The notes below the pieces were generated by a model that saw only the letters and a program-made list of their open reading frames with translations, was not told the origin of the DNA and made no database searches. DNA of 63,530 nucleotides, the filler included. It is 7 parts of 7 records of this genome, joined end to end, with 100 filler letters (N's around TTAATTAATTAA, not from the genome) between each part and the next. Parts side by side here need not be neighbours in the genome. Positions count along the whole stretch, not along the records: positions 18,157 to 30,864 come from SRR31156797_9268; positions 30,965 to 39,394 come from SRR31156797_9273; 5 more parts are not named here. One strand, written 5' to 3'. Below, in pieces: positions 22,093-34,100 of this stretch. Each line of letters opens with the position of its first letter. Position 1 is the stretch's first letter. A program made the translations under genes and the position numbers.

Positions 22093-23994
22093 ATGAGTGA
22101 AGTTCATCCTAGTAACCAAAAAATTACTAATCTCATTCTGACGATAGCCGCGTTTGCGGCTATCGTTTTATCTATTTTTCAAGTCTGGCAGGGGATCCAA
22201 GCAAACTTATCCGCGCCCGTATTTCGGCCTATCCATGTCAGTTGGGTACTGGCACTAGTTTTCTTATCCTACCCACTGTTCAGTGATAGACAGCCATTTC
22301 CTGTCTATGTAACGGGACGGGTTATCGACTTTATTTTTGTTATCGCGACTTGCTGGGCATCGACGCAAATTGCCTTGTTCGATTACGATGATATTAGCTT
22401 CTTGCTAGAAGGGTTAGGTTCGGTAGAACAAGCTGCGGGTATTGTTCTTATCGTTCTTTTACTCGAAGCGACGCGCAGAACTGTCGGGCTTGTTATGGTG
22501 CTGATTGCAGTACTGTTTCTAGTTTACGCTATGTTTGGTGATGCGCTACCCGATAACGTCGCGAGTAAAGGTTTCAGTGTCGAAGAAATTATTCGTTTCC
22601 ACATCTATTCCACCAATGGGGTTTATGGAGCGCCACTGGCTATCGCTGCTGGCGTGGTGTTTATGTTTGTCCTGTTTGGCGCGTTTTTGCAAGTGACAGG
22701 TGCGGGGCAGTTTTTCATTGATATGGCGTTTTCGGTGGCAGGTAAGTACCGTGGTGGTCCGGCGAAAGCCAGTGTTATCGCTTCGGCCGCACTAGGTTCG
22801 ATTTCCGGCTCTGCTATTGCCAATACGGTAACAACAGGGGCTTTGACCATCCCAATGATGAAAAAATTGGGTTACAAGTCGGAACAAGCGGCGGGTATTG
22901 AAGCTGCCGCGTCAACGGGTGGGCAGATCATGCCGCCTGTTATGGGAGCGGGGGCGTTCGTCATGGCCCAGTTTACCGGTATCCCATACAGTGACATTCT
23001 GCTGGTTTCTATTGCACCCGCCATTCTCTATTTCGCCTGTACTTTGCTTTACGTTCATCTAATGGCCTGTAAGTTAAACTTACAAGGAATGTCTGAGACG
23101 GAAAAAGTGGTTGCTGTGATTAAAAACGGCTGGCATTTTCTTGTTCCGCTGATCTTGATAACGGTGTTGCTCATGATGAGTTACTCGCCAGTGTTGGTTG
23201 GTGTAGTGGGTTGTGTAGCAATACTGCTGGCTGCAATGACTCGTAAGCACAGTCGTATCACGCTAAAGCTGTTTTTTGAAGGCTTAAAAGAAGGCGCTCT
23301 GCTTGCGTTACCTATCTCTGTTGCCTGTGCCACCGCAGGTATTGTCGTCGGTGTGGTAGGTCAAACAGGAATTGGACTGCAGTTTACTCAGTTTCTTATC
23401 GCCATGTCGGGCGGCCATTTATGGTCGGCATTGGCACTGATTGCAATCGCGGCCGTAGTGCTTGGAATGGGGTTGCCAGTGACTGCGGCTTATATTGTAT
23501 TATCCATTATGGCTGTACCTGCATTGATGGATTTTGGTCTCGGTTTATTAACTGCCCATATGATTGTGTTCTGGCTCTCTCAAACCTCTAACGTGACGCC
23601 ACCCATTGCATTAGCCGCATTTGCTGGTGCTGGTATAGCGAATGCCTCACCCATGCGTTCAGCAGTACAAGCATTTAAGCTGGCACAGGGATTTTTCTTG
23701 ATTCCGGCTATGATGGCATTTTCAGGTTTGATTTGGATTGAAGGAGAACCCACTCACTTTGTGATTGGTGTTATTTCAACCATTAGTCTGTTTGTCGCAT
23801 TCGCTGGCGGAATAGAAGGGCGTCTCTTTTCACCATTGAAACAGTGGCAACGTGCGGTGCTATTAGTCATGGCGCTTGGGGTGCTGTTTATGTCTGACAT
23901 TTATCGATTAGCTGCACTCGCGATTATTGTTGTTATCTGTTTGCTTAACTTTAAACAGGGCGAAGAGGTTATCTCGGATCGGGAAACCTCTTAA
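22093..23994 (+). CDS. TRAP fused permease (4TM/12TM, TAXI type)
   Basis: LEATRR, GGPAK, ISGSAIAN, ASTGGQIMPPVMGAGAF, TPP; start could be 22081 or 22093. Confidence 0.93.
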   Translation: MSEVHPSNQKITNLILTIAAFAAIVLSIFQVWQGIQANLSAPVFRPIHVSWVLALVFLSYPLFSDRQPFPVYVTGRVIDFIFVIATCWASTQIALFDYDDISFLLEGLGSVEQAAGIVLIVLLLEATRRTVGLVMVLIAVLFLVYAMFGDALPDNVASKGFSVEEIIRFHIYSTNGVYGAPLAIAAGVVFMFVLFGAFLQVTGAGQFFIDMAFSVAGKYRGGPAKASVIASAALGSISGSAIANTVTTGALTIPMMKKLGYKSEQAAGIEAAASTGGQIMPPVMGAGAFVMAQFTGIPYSDILLVSIAPAILYFACTLLYVHLMACKLNLQGMSETEKVVAVIKNGWHFLVPLILITVLLMMSYSPVLVGVVGCVAILLAAMTRKHSRITLKLFFEGLKEGALLALPISVACATAGIVVGVVGQTGIGLQFTQFLIAMSGGHLWSALALIAIAAVVLGMGLPVTAAYIVLSIMAVPALMDFGLGLLTAHMIVFWLSQTSNVTPPIALAAFAGAGIANASPMRSAVQAFKLAQGFFLIPAMMAFSGLIWIEGEPTHFVIGVISTISLFVAFAGGIEGRLFSPLKQWQRAVLLVMALGVLFMSDIYRLAALAIIVVICLLNFKQGEEVISDRETS

Positions 23995-24030
23995 GTCTTT
24001 CCCCCTACAATTGGACAGTGCTCGTCCCTA

Positions 24031-24076
24031 GTTTTGCCAGTAGAAGCCCTGCTTTGAGGGGATCTACTGGCAAACT
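24031..24076. terminator. Hairpin between convergent genes
   Basis: TTTGCCAGTAGA...TCTACTGGCAAA inverted repeat. Confidence 0.7.
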
Positions 24077-24084
24077 TAAACGTT

Positions 24085-24921
24085 TTACGAAGCAGTATGG
24101 ATAGGAAGGTCTACATTGGCTCCCCATTCGGTCCAAGAGCCGTCGTAAACGGCAAGATTCTCATAACCGCAAAGTAAGGCGGCCAGCAGCACGATACACG
24201 CCGTGACACCTGAGCCACAGCTAAACAAATATTCGTCGGATTCTTTATTCAACGCGTTGTTAAGAATAGCGGCTAACTCATTGGTTGGTTTTAACTTGTG
24301 ACCATCCATTAAATCCGCAAAAGGCACGCAATAGGAGTTAGGGATGTGCCCACTGCGTAGCCCCGGACGAGGTTCTTCAACTTTAGAGAGAAAGCGCGCT
24401 AATGATCGAGCGTCAATGGTCAGGCTTTTCTCATCTTCGATTTTGGCTTTTACGTATTCAGCGTCGACAAAATAGTTCGGTTGGAGTTTGCCTGAAAAGT
24501 CGCCTTTCGTTTCTGGAGTTGTATAGTCACTAGTGACGGCGTAACCTTGGTTTTTCCACTCGGTTAGCCCGCCATTCAATATATAAACTTGGTTATGACC
24601 GAAAGCTTTAAACATCCACCAGGCGCGAGGAGATGCAAAAGTCCCGCTGTTGTCATAGACCACGATGGTTGAATCGTTATTAATACCGAGCTCTTGAGCT
24701 AACTGAGTAAAACGAGCTTCGCTCGGCATCATGTGCGGTAGCGATGACTCGATATCACAGAAGTCTTTGTCATAATCGAATCTGCGTGCTCCGGGGATTT
24801 TATTGGTCCAATCCTTATCTGTTTCGGAGGGGATTTGAAATACGAGGCTACTGTCTAAGATGATAAGACGAGGGTCTTCGAGGCGTTCAGCAAGCCATTG
24901 GGGCGAAACAAGTGGTGACAT
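24085..24921 (-). CDS. sseA: Two-domain rhodanese / 3-mercaptopyruvate sulfurtransferase
   Basis: IPGA, SPRAWW, GHIP, CGSGVTAC, YDGSWTEW. Confidence 0.92.
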   Translation of the reverse strand: MSPLVSPQWLAERLEDPRLIILDSSLVFQIPSETDKDWTNKIPGARRFDYDKDFCDIESSLPHMMPSEARFTQLAQELGINNDSTIVVYDNSGTFASPRAWWMFKAFGHNQVYILNGGLTEWKNQGYAVTSDYTTPETKGDFSGKLQPNYFVDAEYVKAKIEDEKSLTIDARSLARFLSKVEEPRPGLRSGHIPNSYCVPFADLMDGHKLKPTNELAAILNNALNKESDEYLFSCGSGVTACIVLLAALLCGYENLAVYDGSWTEWGANVDLPIHTAS

Positions 24922-25003
24922 TCAATCAATCCTTTTGCAGTTCACTTGAGTTTAATACCAATCTACATAAGCTAACTTATATAGATTGGTATAAGTTACT
25001 TAA

Positions 25004-25303
25004 TTATGGGCAAGAAATAAAACGATAGTGAGTGTCTGATTTGTCTGAGGTGATTATTTCTATGGTAATGTTTTCTCCAGTCTCACACTCGGCCGTAAAT
25101 GGCACATTGATTAACTGCTTGCCGGTTATCGCTGATTGGATGAGAAAATAGCGTCGCTGCCCGTCGAGTGATTGGACAAGCGTATTTTCTGTTAAATTGA
25201 CTTGGATACGACGTATAGTGTTATCTGGTCGCAGCGTTAATAGTGCAGCCAGTACTAACGTAAGTAGTATCAGAAGTAGGGTTAACTTTTTTGCAGATGA
25301 CAT
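25004..25303 (-). CDS. Small membrane-anchored hypothetical protein
   Basis: N-terminal TM; starts 4 nt after moeB stop on the same strand. Confidence 0.65.
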   Translation of the reverse strand: MSSAKKLTLLLILLTLVLAALLTLRPDNTIRRIQVNLTENTLVQSLDGQRRYFLIQSAITGKQLINVPFTAECETGENITIEIITSDKSDTHYRFISCP

Positions 25304-25307
25304 AAGA

Positions 25308-26060
25308 TTAATGACTACAGGTAGGGCAGTCTGCTTGTTTCATTAACTTCATCTCTCGCCACGACATGCTCATTGCATCCAGCATCAGTATCTTACCTTC
25401 AATAGGTTGCCCCAGTTTTGCTAACACCTTAATGGCTTCCATTGCCTGAACGGCACCGATAATGCCGACGACGGGCGCCATGACGCCCGCTTCAACACAC
25501 GACAAGGCGTTACTGCCAAATAAGGCGCTTAGGCATTCATAACATGGTGCTTGCGTATCGTGATAAGTAAAAACGCTTACTTGACCTTCCATGCGTATAG
25601 CAGCGCCGGAGACCAACGGGGTTTGGGTTTGATAGCAAAGGTGATTGAGTTGATTGCGCGTTTCAACGTTATCGCTGGCGTCTAAAACTAAATCATGCTG
25701 TTCAATCAAACACTGTAGGTCTGTATCGTTTAGCCTTTGTGCGACAGTCTCTACTTTTATCTCAGGATTGAGCTCTCTAAGTGCCTGCGCTGCCGATTCA
25801 ACTTTCGGTTTACCGATATCGGCATCATGATGCAACACCTGACGTTGAAGGTTGGATAACTCAACCACGTCATCGTCGATCAGCGTCATATGGCCAATAC
25901 CGGCGGTGGCTAAATACTGGCTCGAGGCGCAACCTAAGCCTCCTGCGCCAAGGATAAGCACAGAAGCTTGCTTGAGAGCTTCTTGTCCCTCAAAGTCGAA
26001 AGACTTAAGAATGATCTGGCGGTTGTAACGCAGCATCTCTGCATCGCTAAGGATTTCCAT
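25308..26060 (-). CDS. moeB: Molybdopterin-synthase adenylyltransferase
   Basis: RYNRQI, GAGGLG, SNLQRQ, two CxxC motifs. Confidence 0.96.
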   Translation of the reverse strand: MEILSDAEMLRYNRQIILKSFDFEGQEALKQASVLILGAGGLGCASSQYLATAGIGHMTLIDDDVVELSNLQRQVLHHDADIGKPKVESAAQALRELNPEIKVETVAQRLNDTDLQCLIEQHDLVLDASDNVETRNQLNHLCYQTQTPLVSGAAIRMEGQVSVFTYHDTQAPCYECLSALFGSNALSCVEAGVMAPVVGIIGAVQAMEAIKVLAKLGQPIEGKILMLDAMSMSWREMKLMKQADCPTCSH

Positions 26061-26068
26061 TGCTGTAC

Positions 26069-27304
26069 CTAGTATAACGTTGCATTAAACAGTTGGATGT
26101 TGACGGTTTCACCCGCTTCAACGCGGCCTCGTTCGCGCTCTAGAACCACAAAGCAGTTTGCTAGGCTCATAGAGCGGAAAGCACCTGAACTCTGGTTTCC
26201 GGTCGTTTCGACGATAAATTTACCATCTTCGATAGAATAAATGCCGCGTTGATAATCCGTTCTTCCCGGAGCCTTCTTAAATGCCGTGCGTGTAATGGCA
26301 GGGATAGATTCCGGTGCTTTCCATTGTGTATGTCCAGCCAGCTTTGCCAGCATTGGTTGCACTAATACATACATGGTTAAAACCGCAGATACGGGATTAC
26401 CCGGCAAGCCGCAAAACCAAGCGTCATTTAATGAGCCGAAGGCGAAAGGTTTTCCGGGTTTTACTGCCAGTTTCCAAAAGCCAATTTGTCCCACTTCATT
26501 CAAGATATCTTTTGTATAATCGGCTTCACCTACGCTCACTCCGCCCGAAGTGACCACAACATCCGCAAGCTCGCTGGCTTTTTCGAATGTCTCTTTCAAC
26601 GTTTCAGGACAATCAGGGATGATCCCCAGATCAATGGGATCGCAACCAAAGTTCTTAATCAGGGGTTTAATGCCGTAACGGTTGCTGTCGTAGATTTCTC
26701 CGGCTTTCAGCTCAGAACCTAAAGGCTTAAGTTCATCTCCGGTCGAAAAAAATGCGACTTTGGGTTTGCGAAAAACCGTGACCTGACTAACCCCTAATGT
26801 TGCGATCATCGGGATGTCACGAGGCGTTAATCGAGCGCCTTTGGTCAGGACGATATCGTTCTGGCGAATATCATCACCTGTTGGGCGGATATTGTTGTTT
26901 GGTTTAACTTGAGTGGTGGTAAACACAACGCCTTCATCGGTTACGGTTGCTTGCTCTTGCATAATCACCGCGTCGCAGCCTGTTGGGATCTGTGCGCCGG
27001 TCATAATGCGTACACAGCTCATTGCGGGCCATTCACCTTGGAAAGGTTGCCCGGCAAATGATTTACCAGCGATGGGTAAGGGTTGGTTGGTTGATAGTTC
27101 AGCAATTCTCACCGCGTAACCGTCCATTGCTGAATTATCAAACGGAGGCACATTGATTGGAGAGAGAATGTCTTCTGCGAGTACAAAGCCTATAGCGTCG
27201 GCAAGTGGGAGTTGAAGAGTGGTTTCGATTGGTTTAACGCTATCCAGCATTTTTTCTAAAGCTTGTTCTAGGGGCATTAAGCCCGGAGCATCACAGCAGC
27301 CCAT
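26069..27304 (-). CDS. moeA: Molybdopterin molybdotransferase
   Basis: SAMDGYA, STGDEL, SGGVSVG, KPGKP, LPGNP. Confidence 0.97.
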   Translation of the reverse strand: MGCCDAPGLMPLEQALEKMLDSVKPIETTLQLPLADAIGFVLAEDILSPINVPPFDNSAMDGYAVRIAELSTNQPLPIAGKSFAGQPFQGEWPAMSCVRIMTGAQIPTGCDAVIMQEQATVTDEGVVFTTTQVKPNNNIRPTGDDIRQNDIVLTKGARLTPRDIPMIATLGVSQVTVFRKPKVAFFSTGDELKPLGSELKAGEIYDSNRYGIKPLIKNFGCDPIDLGIIPDCPETLKETFEKASELADVVVTSGGVSVGEADYTKDILNEVGQIGFWKLAVKPGKPFAFGSLNDAWFCGLPGNPVSAVLTMYVLVQPMLAKLAGHTQWKAPESIPAITRTAFKKAPGRTDYQRGIYSIEDGKFIVETTGNQSSGAFRSMSLANCFVVLERERGRVEAGETVNIQLFNATLY

Positions 27305-27467
27305 TCTGTATTCCTGTTATAATTTATTATTCGTTTAACTCTAACATAGTAGGGCGATTTGCCTAGACCTTGATAGTCATTGCCCCCTACAAATTAGGGG
27401 TGTAATTATGTAAGAATCCGAGTATCCTTGTCAGCCATCCGAAAGGGGTAAAGTAAGAGGAATGTGA

Positions 27468-28124
27468 ATGTCATCAGGTCTTAGCGAATCAGCGAAGTTA
27501 GTAAAAGATGCGCTAGAAAGCCGTGGTTTGGAAACGCCAATGCAACCAAATACGGTTAGTCGTGAAGAGAAGAAAGAGAAAATTGAGGGGCACATGCGTG
27601 AGATCCTTAATTTACTTGGCCTTGATCTGACAGATGATAGCTTGGAAGAAACGCCACAACGTATTGCCAAAATGTACGTAGACGAAATTTTTTCTGGGCT
27701 GGATTACAGTAACTTCCCGAAAATCACTGTGATTGAAAACAAAATGAACGTGAGTGAAATGGTGAAGGTGAAAGACATTACCGTAACCAGTACTTGTGAA
27801 CATCATTTAGTGACAATTGATGGTAAAGCGGCTGTCGCGTATATCCCTCGAGGCAAGATTATTGGCCTTTCAAAAATCAACCGTATTGTTCGCTTTTTTG
27901 CTCAGCGTCCTCAGGTTCAAGAGCGTATGACGCAGCAAATTTTGGTTGCACTGCAAGCGCTATTGGAATCAGACGATGTGGCAGTCACCATCGATGCGAC
28001 TCACTATTGCGTGAAATCCCGTGGTGTGATGGATGCGACCAGTGAGACGACCACAACAGCACTGGGCGGGATTTTTAAATCTAACCCAGCGACTCGAGCT
28101 GAGTTTCTTCACGGACTACGTTGA
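27468..28124 (+). CDS. folE: GTP cyclohydrolase I
   Basis: [33 protein letters not shown]. Confidence 0.98.
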   Translation: MSSGLSESAKLVKDALESRGLETPMQPNTVSREEKKEKIEGHMREILNLLGLDLTDDSLEETPQRIAKMYVDEIFSGLDYSNFPKITVIENKMNVSEMVKVKDITVTSTCEHHLVTIDGKAAVAYIPRGKIIGLSKINRIVRFFAQRPQVQERMTQQILVALQALLESDDVAVTIDATHYCVKSRGVMDATSETTTTALGGIFKSNPATRAEFLHGLR

Positions 28125-28144
28125 TCTTGCAAAATTTTAAATAG

Positions 28145-28170
28145 AAAAGCGCCGAAAACGGCGCTTTTTT
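28145..28170. terminator. Bidirectional intrinsic terminator
   Basis: AAAAGCGCCG-aaaa-CGGCGCTTTT between convergent folE and msrAB. Confidence 0.85.
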
Positions 28171-28192
28171 GCGTTTTGGATTATCAATAAGT

Positions 28193-29320
28193 TTAGTTAA
28201 ACAGTGAAAGCCATTCCCCGTAACCCTCATCTTGCATTTTATCGACCGGGATAAAGCGCATCGCAGCTGAATTCATGCAGTATCTTAGTCCCGTAGGAGC
28301 AGGGCCGTCGGTAAACACGTGACCCAAATGAGAGTCGGCAAATCGGCTTCTAACTTCGGTACGCGTATAGAACAGCTTGTCGTCTTCTCGAGTAACAATA
28401 TAGGCAGAGTTAATCGGTTTGGTAAAACTAGGCCATCCAGTGCCTGATTTGTACTTATCGGTGGATGAAAACAAGGGCTCGCCTGAAACGATATCGACAT
28501 AAATACCTGGCTGCTTGTTGTCCCAATACTCGTTTTGGAATGCACGTTCTGTCCCTTCTTCTTGGGTGACGTAGTACTGCATTTCAGTGAGGTTTGCCTT
28601 TATTGCATCGTCAGATGGACGTTGATAAGTCTTAACACTATCCAGTGCTTTTTTCTTGTCGATGATTTCCCGTAATTTCATGGGATTATCTTCACGGTCT
28701 TCACCGAAGATTTTATCTAAGTACTGGTCACGGCCTGAAGCATAACGGTAGTAGTTGTATCGGATCTTATTGGTTTTGTAGTAATCCTGATGATAGTCTT
28801 CAGCTACCCAAAATTTGCTGAATTTGATCAGTTCAGTTTTAAGCGGCTTTTGGAAAATACCCGATTGTTCGATCTCCGCCATGAAGCGTGTTGCGATCTG
28901 TTTTTGCTCTTCATTATGGTAGAAAATCGCCGGGCGATACTGATTTCCTCGATCGACAAATGAGCCTTGGTCGTCAGTAGGGTCAATGTGGCGGAAAAAC
29001 TGGTCAAGCACTTGTTCGTAACTGACCTGACTCGGATCGAACGTGACTTGTACCACCTCAATATGGCCAGTTTTACCTGAAGAGACCTGACGATACTCAG
29101 GATTTTCTACGTGTCCACCAGAATATCCTGATACCACATCAATCACCCCTGACAGCTTCTCCATATCGGATTCTGTACACCAGAAACATCCCCCAGCGAG
29201 AGTGGCGATTTCTGTGCTAGCCGCTTCAGTTTTATTCATTTCGCTTTTTGCATGGCTCAATGAAAAAAACGACAGGGGAATTGCCGCGAATAGCAGCAAA
29301 ATAATCGTTAAGCGTTTCAT
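28193..29320 (-). CDS. msrAB: Exported bifunctional methionine sulfoxide reductase MsrA/MsrB
   Basis: Signal peptide, GGCFWC (MsrA), GWPSF and RYCMNS (MsrB). Confidence 0.95.
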   Translation of the reverse strand: MKRLTIILLLFAAIPLSFFSLSHAKSEMNKTEAASTEIATLAGGCFWCTESDMEKLSGVIDVVSGYSGGHVENPEYRQVSSGKTGHIEVVQVTFDPSQVSYEQVLDQFFRHIDPTDDQGSFVDRGNQYRPAIFYHNEEQKQIATRFMAEIEQSGIFQKPLKTELIKFSKFWVAEDYHQDYYKTNKIRYNYYRYASGRDQYLDKIFGEDREDNPMKLREIIDKKKALDSVKTYQRPSDDAIKANLTEMQYYVTQEEGTERAFQNEYWDNKQPGIYVDIVSGEPLFSSTDKYKSGTGWPSFTKPINSAYIVTREDDKLFYTRTEVRSRFADSHLGHVFTDGPAPTGLRYCMNSAAMRFIPVDKMQDEGYGEWLSLFN

Positions 29321-29564
29321 GGCTGTTCCTTACTCGTTTTTATAATGGCTATATAATCAGAAAGGCACAGGCACAAAAAAATTTCAAATTTATCAATAAA
29401 AGATATTTTTTCCTCGACCATGACAACCGTTTGAAAACTATTCCTTTCCCTTAATTAACTTCCTATAAAACTATATTGCGGGTGGTCAAGGTAGCTCGCC
29501 AACTCATTATTATTTACTAATATAAAACTCAATAGGAGATGGTAAGTAGTGGAAGGGCATAATA

Positions 29565-30864
29565 ATGAATATCAACAATACGATGAAATTAGTTTTCGGG
29601 GTTATTGGTGCTGGAATAGTTATTAGTATTTTTACTGTGTATCAACTTAATGGGTTATTGCAAAAAGTGGATGATATGGCACAAGTCCGCTATCAGTCAT
29701 ATCAAGCGGCTGACGAGTTGCGCCAGAGTTCTGATGATCTCACCCGTTTAGGGCGTACTTATGTCATAACTGGTGATGAATCATACGAAAAAATGTACAT
29801 GGATATTTTGGCGATCCGAAATGGGGATAAGCCCAGACCAGAGCAATATCACACCATCTATTGGGATTTGGTTCTGAATTACGGAGATAAGCCAAAACCT
29901 GACGGTAGGTCTATCTCGTTGCAGAAAATGATGCAGGACTTGGGCTTCACTGATGTGGAATTTAACTTATTGAAAGAAGCGCAACAAAATTCAGACGCAC
30001 TGGTGAATATGGAAGTGCGTGCGATGAATGCGGTTAAAGGGTTATATCCAGATAGTGCGGGTAACTACACGGTCAAAGGCGACCCTGATTTTGCGATGGC
30101 AGCCCAGTTGCTCCACAGCAAAGAATACCATCGCGAAAAAGCAAAAATCATGGCTCCGATTGATAAGTTCTTTACCGAGTTAGAAGGACGTACCGACATG
30201 CAGTTCGTCACTGCGGCAGACCAAGTTCGGAACATGGTGTTACTGGGAAATGCAGCGCTGGTGGCTGTATGTGTTATCGCTTTCATCGGATACGTTGTTG
30301 TGAACCGCAAAGTCGTTAAACCGATTGATGGTATGGCGAGCTTGTTGAAGCAAGTCGATGATCAGTCCAACTTGACGTTGAGAGTTGATGAAAACAGAAA
30401 CAACGAGCTTGGCATTATTGGTACTACGATTAATAAAGTTTTAATCAGTTACGGTAAAACCATCAGCAAGATAAATCAGGTTAACGCAACGATCTCACAA
30501 ATATCTGCTTCGATTGAGTCCATTACGCAAAAGAACATAGGGTTGGCGAGTCAGCAGAACCAAGAAATGGAAATGGCAGCAACCGCAATGGAAGAAATGA
30601 CCGCGGCATTATCCAGTGTGTCTGAAAGCACAAACATGGCTGAAGAGCATGCAGCAAGTGCAGAAAATGAAGCCTCGACCAGCAAAACGGTATTCGATAA
30701 GACTACTGGAGAGTTTGATGAGCTTCAGGGAGAGTTCACCAATACATCGCAAATTATCGAGCAACTGGCTGAAGAGTCGACCAATGTTGGCAATGTACTT
30801 GATGTTATTAAAGCGATTGCGGAACAAACTAACTTACTCGCACTCAACGCTGCGATTGAGGCGG
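29565..30864 (+). CDS. Methyl-accepting chemotaxis protein (3' partial)
   Basis: TM-sensor-TM-HAMP, IAEQTNLLALNAAIEA. Confidence 0.95.
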
Positions 30865-30964
30865 NNNNNNNNNNNNNNNNNNNNNNNNNNNNNNNNNNNN
30901 NNNNNNNNTTAATTAATTAANNNNNNNNNNNNNNNNNNNNNNNNNNNNNNNNNNNNNNNNNNNN
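30865..30964. other. Artificial contig spacer
   Basis: N44-TTAATTAATTAA-N44. Confidence 0.98.
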
Positions 30965-31183
30965 AAATAAGAGTTTGAAGGTATTTAAATGTTAAATATC
31001 TCACATGTCCCTCCTAATTGTGCTATTATACATTCCAGATAAAGCCTATCATTTTTTAAATAACAACCGGTTGCACAAATAACCAACTAGAATAATTCGT
31101 AATTGATTTTAAAAATTACAGAAGTACATAAATATAATAATCACGTTTACACTAGTAATTCTGGTGTATTGGGTGGAAAGGAA

Positions 31184-34100
31184 ATGGTTGCAAGCACTCT
31201 TAATGATGGACAATTAAAAGCAGTGACTTACACAGAAGGACCGCTCCTTATCCTTGCTGGTCCCGGTTCAGGGAAGACACTTACCATAAGCGAGAAAGTA
31301 GTTGATCTTATAGACAATGGAATCTCAGCTGAGAGAATACTGGCGCTGACGTTCTCAGAGAAGGCAGCCGGTGAGATGCAGGAAAGGATTGAAAAGCAAA
31401 TAGGCATCGGCAGTGGAATTAGTGTCTCTACCTTCCATTCCTTCTGCAATGAATTGATAAGGCAATTCCCACTGGATATGGGTATCAGCTATGGAACCCG
31501 ACTTATCTCAAAAGAGCATTCTCATGTATGGGGTATCAGGAATATCGATGCCTTTGCATTTGAGAATCTTACCATACCACCGGTTCCATATGACCTGATA
31601 ACAAGTCTGATGGAAGGTGTATCTCAATTCCAGGACCATCTAATAGACCCTGACGAGCTCAAGAATTATGTTGATAAAAGACTATCAGATCCTTTAATTG
31701 ATGATGAAGAAAAGGATAAGCTTCTGAAAATGGCTGACCTTGAAAGATTCTACAGACATTATCAGGAGTATAAATGGAACAATAATTTTGTGGATTATGA
31801 TGACATGATTGCCATGGCCTGCTCTCTTCTTGAGAAGAACAACGTCGTCAAGAATGTTGTGAAGAGCAGGTACGATTACATTCTGGTAGATGAGTTTCAG
31901 GATACGAATTATGCACAATTGCATCTTGTGCACCTGCTTGCCGATGATGGAAAACTAACATGCGTTGCAGATGATGACCAGTGTATCTATCGTTTTAGAG
32001 GTGCATACCTTTCCAATATCAAACAACTGAACGACCATTATTCTGACCTTGAGAAAGTAGCTCTGGAAGTGAATTACCGCTCTACCAATCAGATAGTCGA
32101 GCTATCCAAACAACTAGTATCCTGCAATCCCGAAAGAGAAGTCAAAGACTTCAAGGCCCATAATGGTGATGGAGAACTTGTTAAGGTTGTGAAGGCACCA
32201 GATGATGACAGCGAAGCTGAGTGGGTGGCCAATGAGATTAAGAGACTTGCTAATGAAGAAGGTCTTGATTATCAGGACATCTACATACTCACCAGGAAGC
32301 GTGCAGATGGAGAGAAATTCAGCGATGCTTTGAAAGCAATGATGATTCCAGTGGAATATGTAGGCTCATTGCAATTAAGTGATTTTCCGGTCATCCAGGA
32401 TGCTCTGGCTTATATGAAATTGCTAGCAGATCCTTTCAATAATGGTGTTTCTTTCGCAAAGGTCCTTTTCAGGGAAGGTGTTACAGAGCATAACCTGCAG
32501 AAAATAAATCTACAGGCACTTCAGGTGAAGAAGACTGATCCCACACAAGGTGATGGGATATACTCTGTTCTACTAAACGAGATAGATAATATTGATATAA
32601 CACAGGCAGAGCTTGTAAAATCCATCCTTTCTCGTATTGAGGAAGTCATAAGTTACAAGAAGAATCATCTTCCTTCTGATACAGTAAAGTATCTTTTGAC
32701 CCAAAAAACAGACCTGTATCGATCTCAGCTTGCTAGGAATGATGATCATTCCAGACGTAACATCAAGTTGCTAAACTCACTTGTCCAGATGGTGGCTGAC
32801 CTTGAGCTTGTGGATGGGGGCTCAGAATTTGAGGCTGTCATGGAGCATCTGGCTCTTGTATTCAATATGGATATTGATGAGGGTGAGGCCAGTGAGGACA
32901 ATACTGTAAAAGCAATGACTATCCATCAGTCCAAGGGTAAGGAGGCAAGGGTTGTCTTTGTGTGTGACCTTGCAGCCCGGCATCTTCCATTACAGCATAG
33001 GAGAAAACCGTTCACAGTACCATCGGATATGGCAAAAGGTGTTCAGAGGAACGCTGATGAGAAAGAATTGCATCTGGAAGAGGAGCGCAGGCTTGCATAT
33101 GTTGCCATGACACGTGCAAAGGAAAAGCTGTACCTCGTCTTTCCAGAAAAATATGCTGCTAATGTGAATCCTTCCAAACCGAGCCAGTTCCTTACCGAGA
33201 TAGATTATGAGAATAATCCACTTATTGAGTTAATTGAAGCATGCAAGTCAGGCGTTTACCATGGCCCCATCAGTGTTTCGCTCCTACAGAGGAAGAAGGA
33301 AGAGTACGAGAACCTTGTGAGCATGTATGCCAGACAAGGACAGCTCGATCAGGCCTTAGAGTCCATTGTTGTGCTGGCACAATTAAAGGAACTGGAAATG
33401 AATGGCAATCTTTCAGCCTTTGACCTTGGTTCTTTCCTGAAGGTCTCCCCGCTGGAACCTGCCGAACTGGATGACCTGGTGGACGGAAAGGTCCCTCCGC
33501 TTGTTGATCAGAATATGCGTTTCTCGGCTTCCAAAATAAAAGAATATATGGACTGTCCTCTGAAGTTCAAGTATAATTCCGTGCTTCGCATACCCACTCC
33601 ACAGAAAGGATATTTCAACGTGGGAACCAGTGTGCATGGTGTCTATGAGGAAATGATAAGGCAGAAGATGCAGGGCAAGAATCCTTCAGTTGCTGAGGCA
33701 AAAACCATGCTTAATGACACATGGGATGGTTCAGCCTACACTTCAATAACCCGTGAACAGCAGGAAAAAAGCAAGATAGAAAATATGCTTGACATCTGGT
33801 TCGATTTTGAGAAGAACAATTCCAATGAAACTATAGATGTTGAACAGTGGTTCGATCTGGAACTGGAAGGCAATCATTTTGTGGGTTCCATTGACCGTAT
33901 CGACAAAACTCCTGATGACGAGTATATCATCATCGACTACAAAACCGGCAAGACCCCTCTAAGCAAAAAGAAGATGAAAGAGGATGTGCAGCTGGCTCTT
34001 TATTGTCTGGCAGTTAAAGAGAAGTACGGGAAGTTGCCTGTGCAGGCGGGACATTTCTATGTGCATCCTGAACTGAGTGATATGAGACTAGTTGATGTTG

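Noticed and set aside
27305-27467. Moco riboswitch upstream of moeA
   Set aside because: Only short inverted repeats (e.g. CCCCTA-caaat-TAGGGG) are present; I cannot match a riboswitch consensus.
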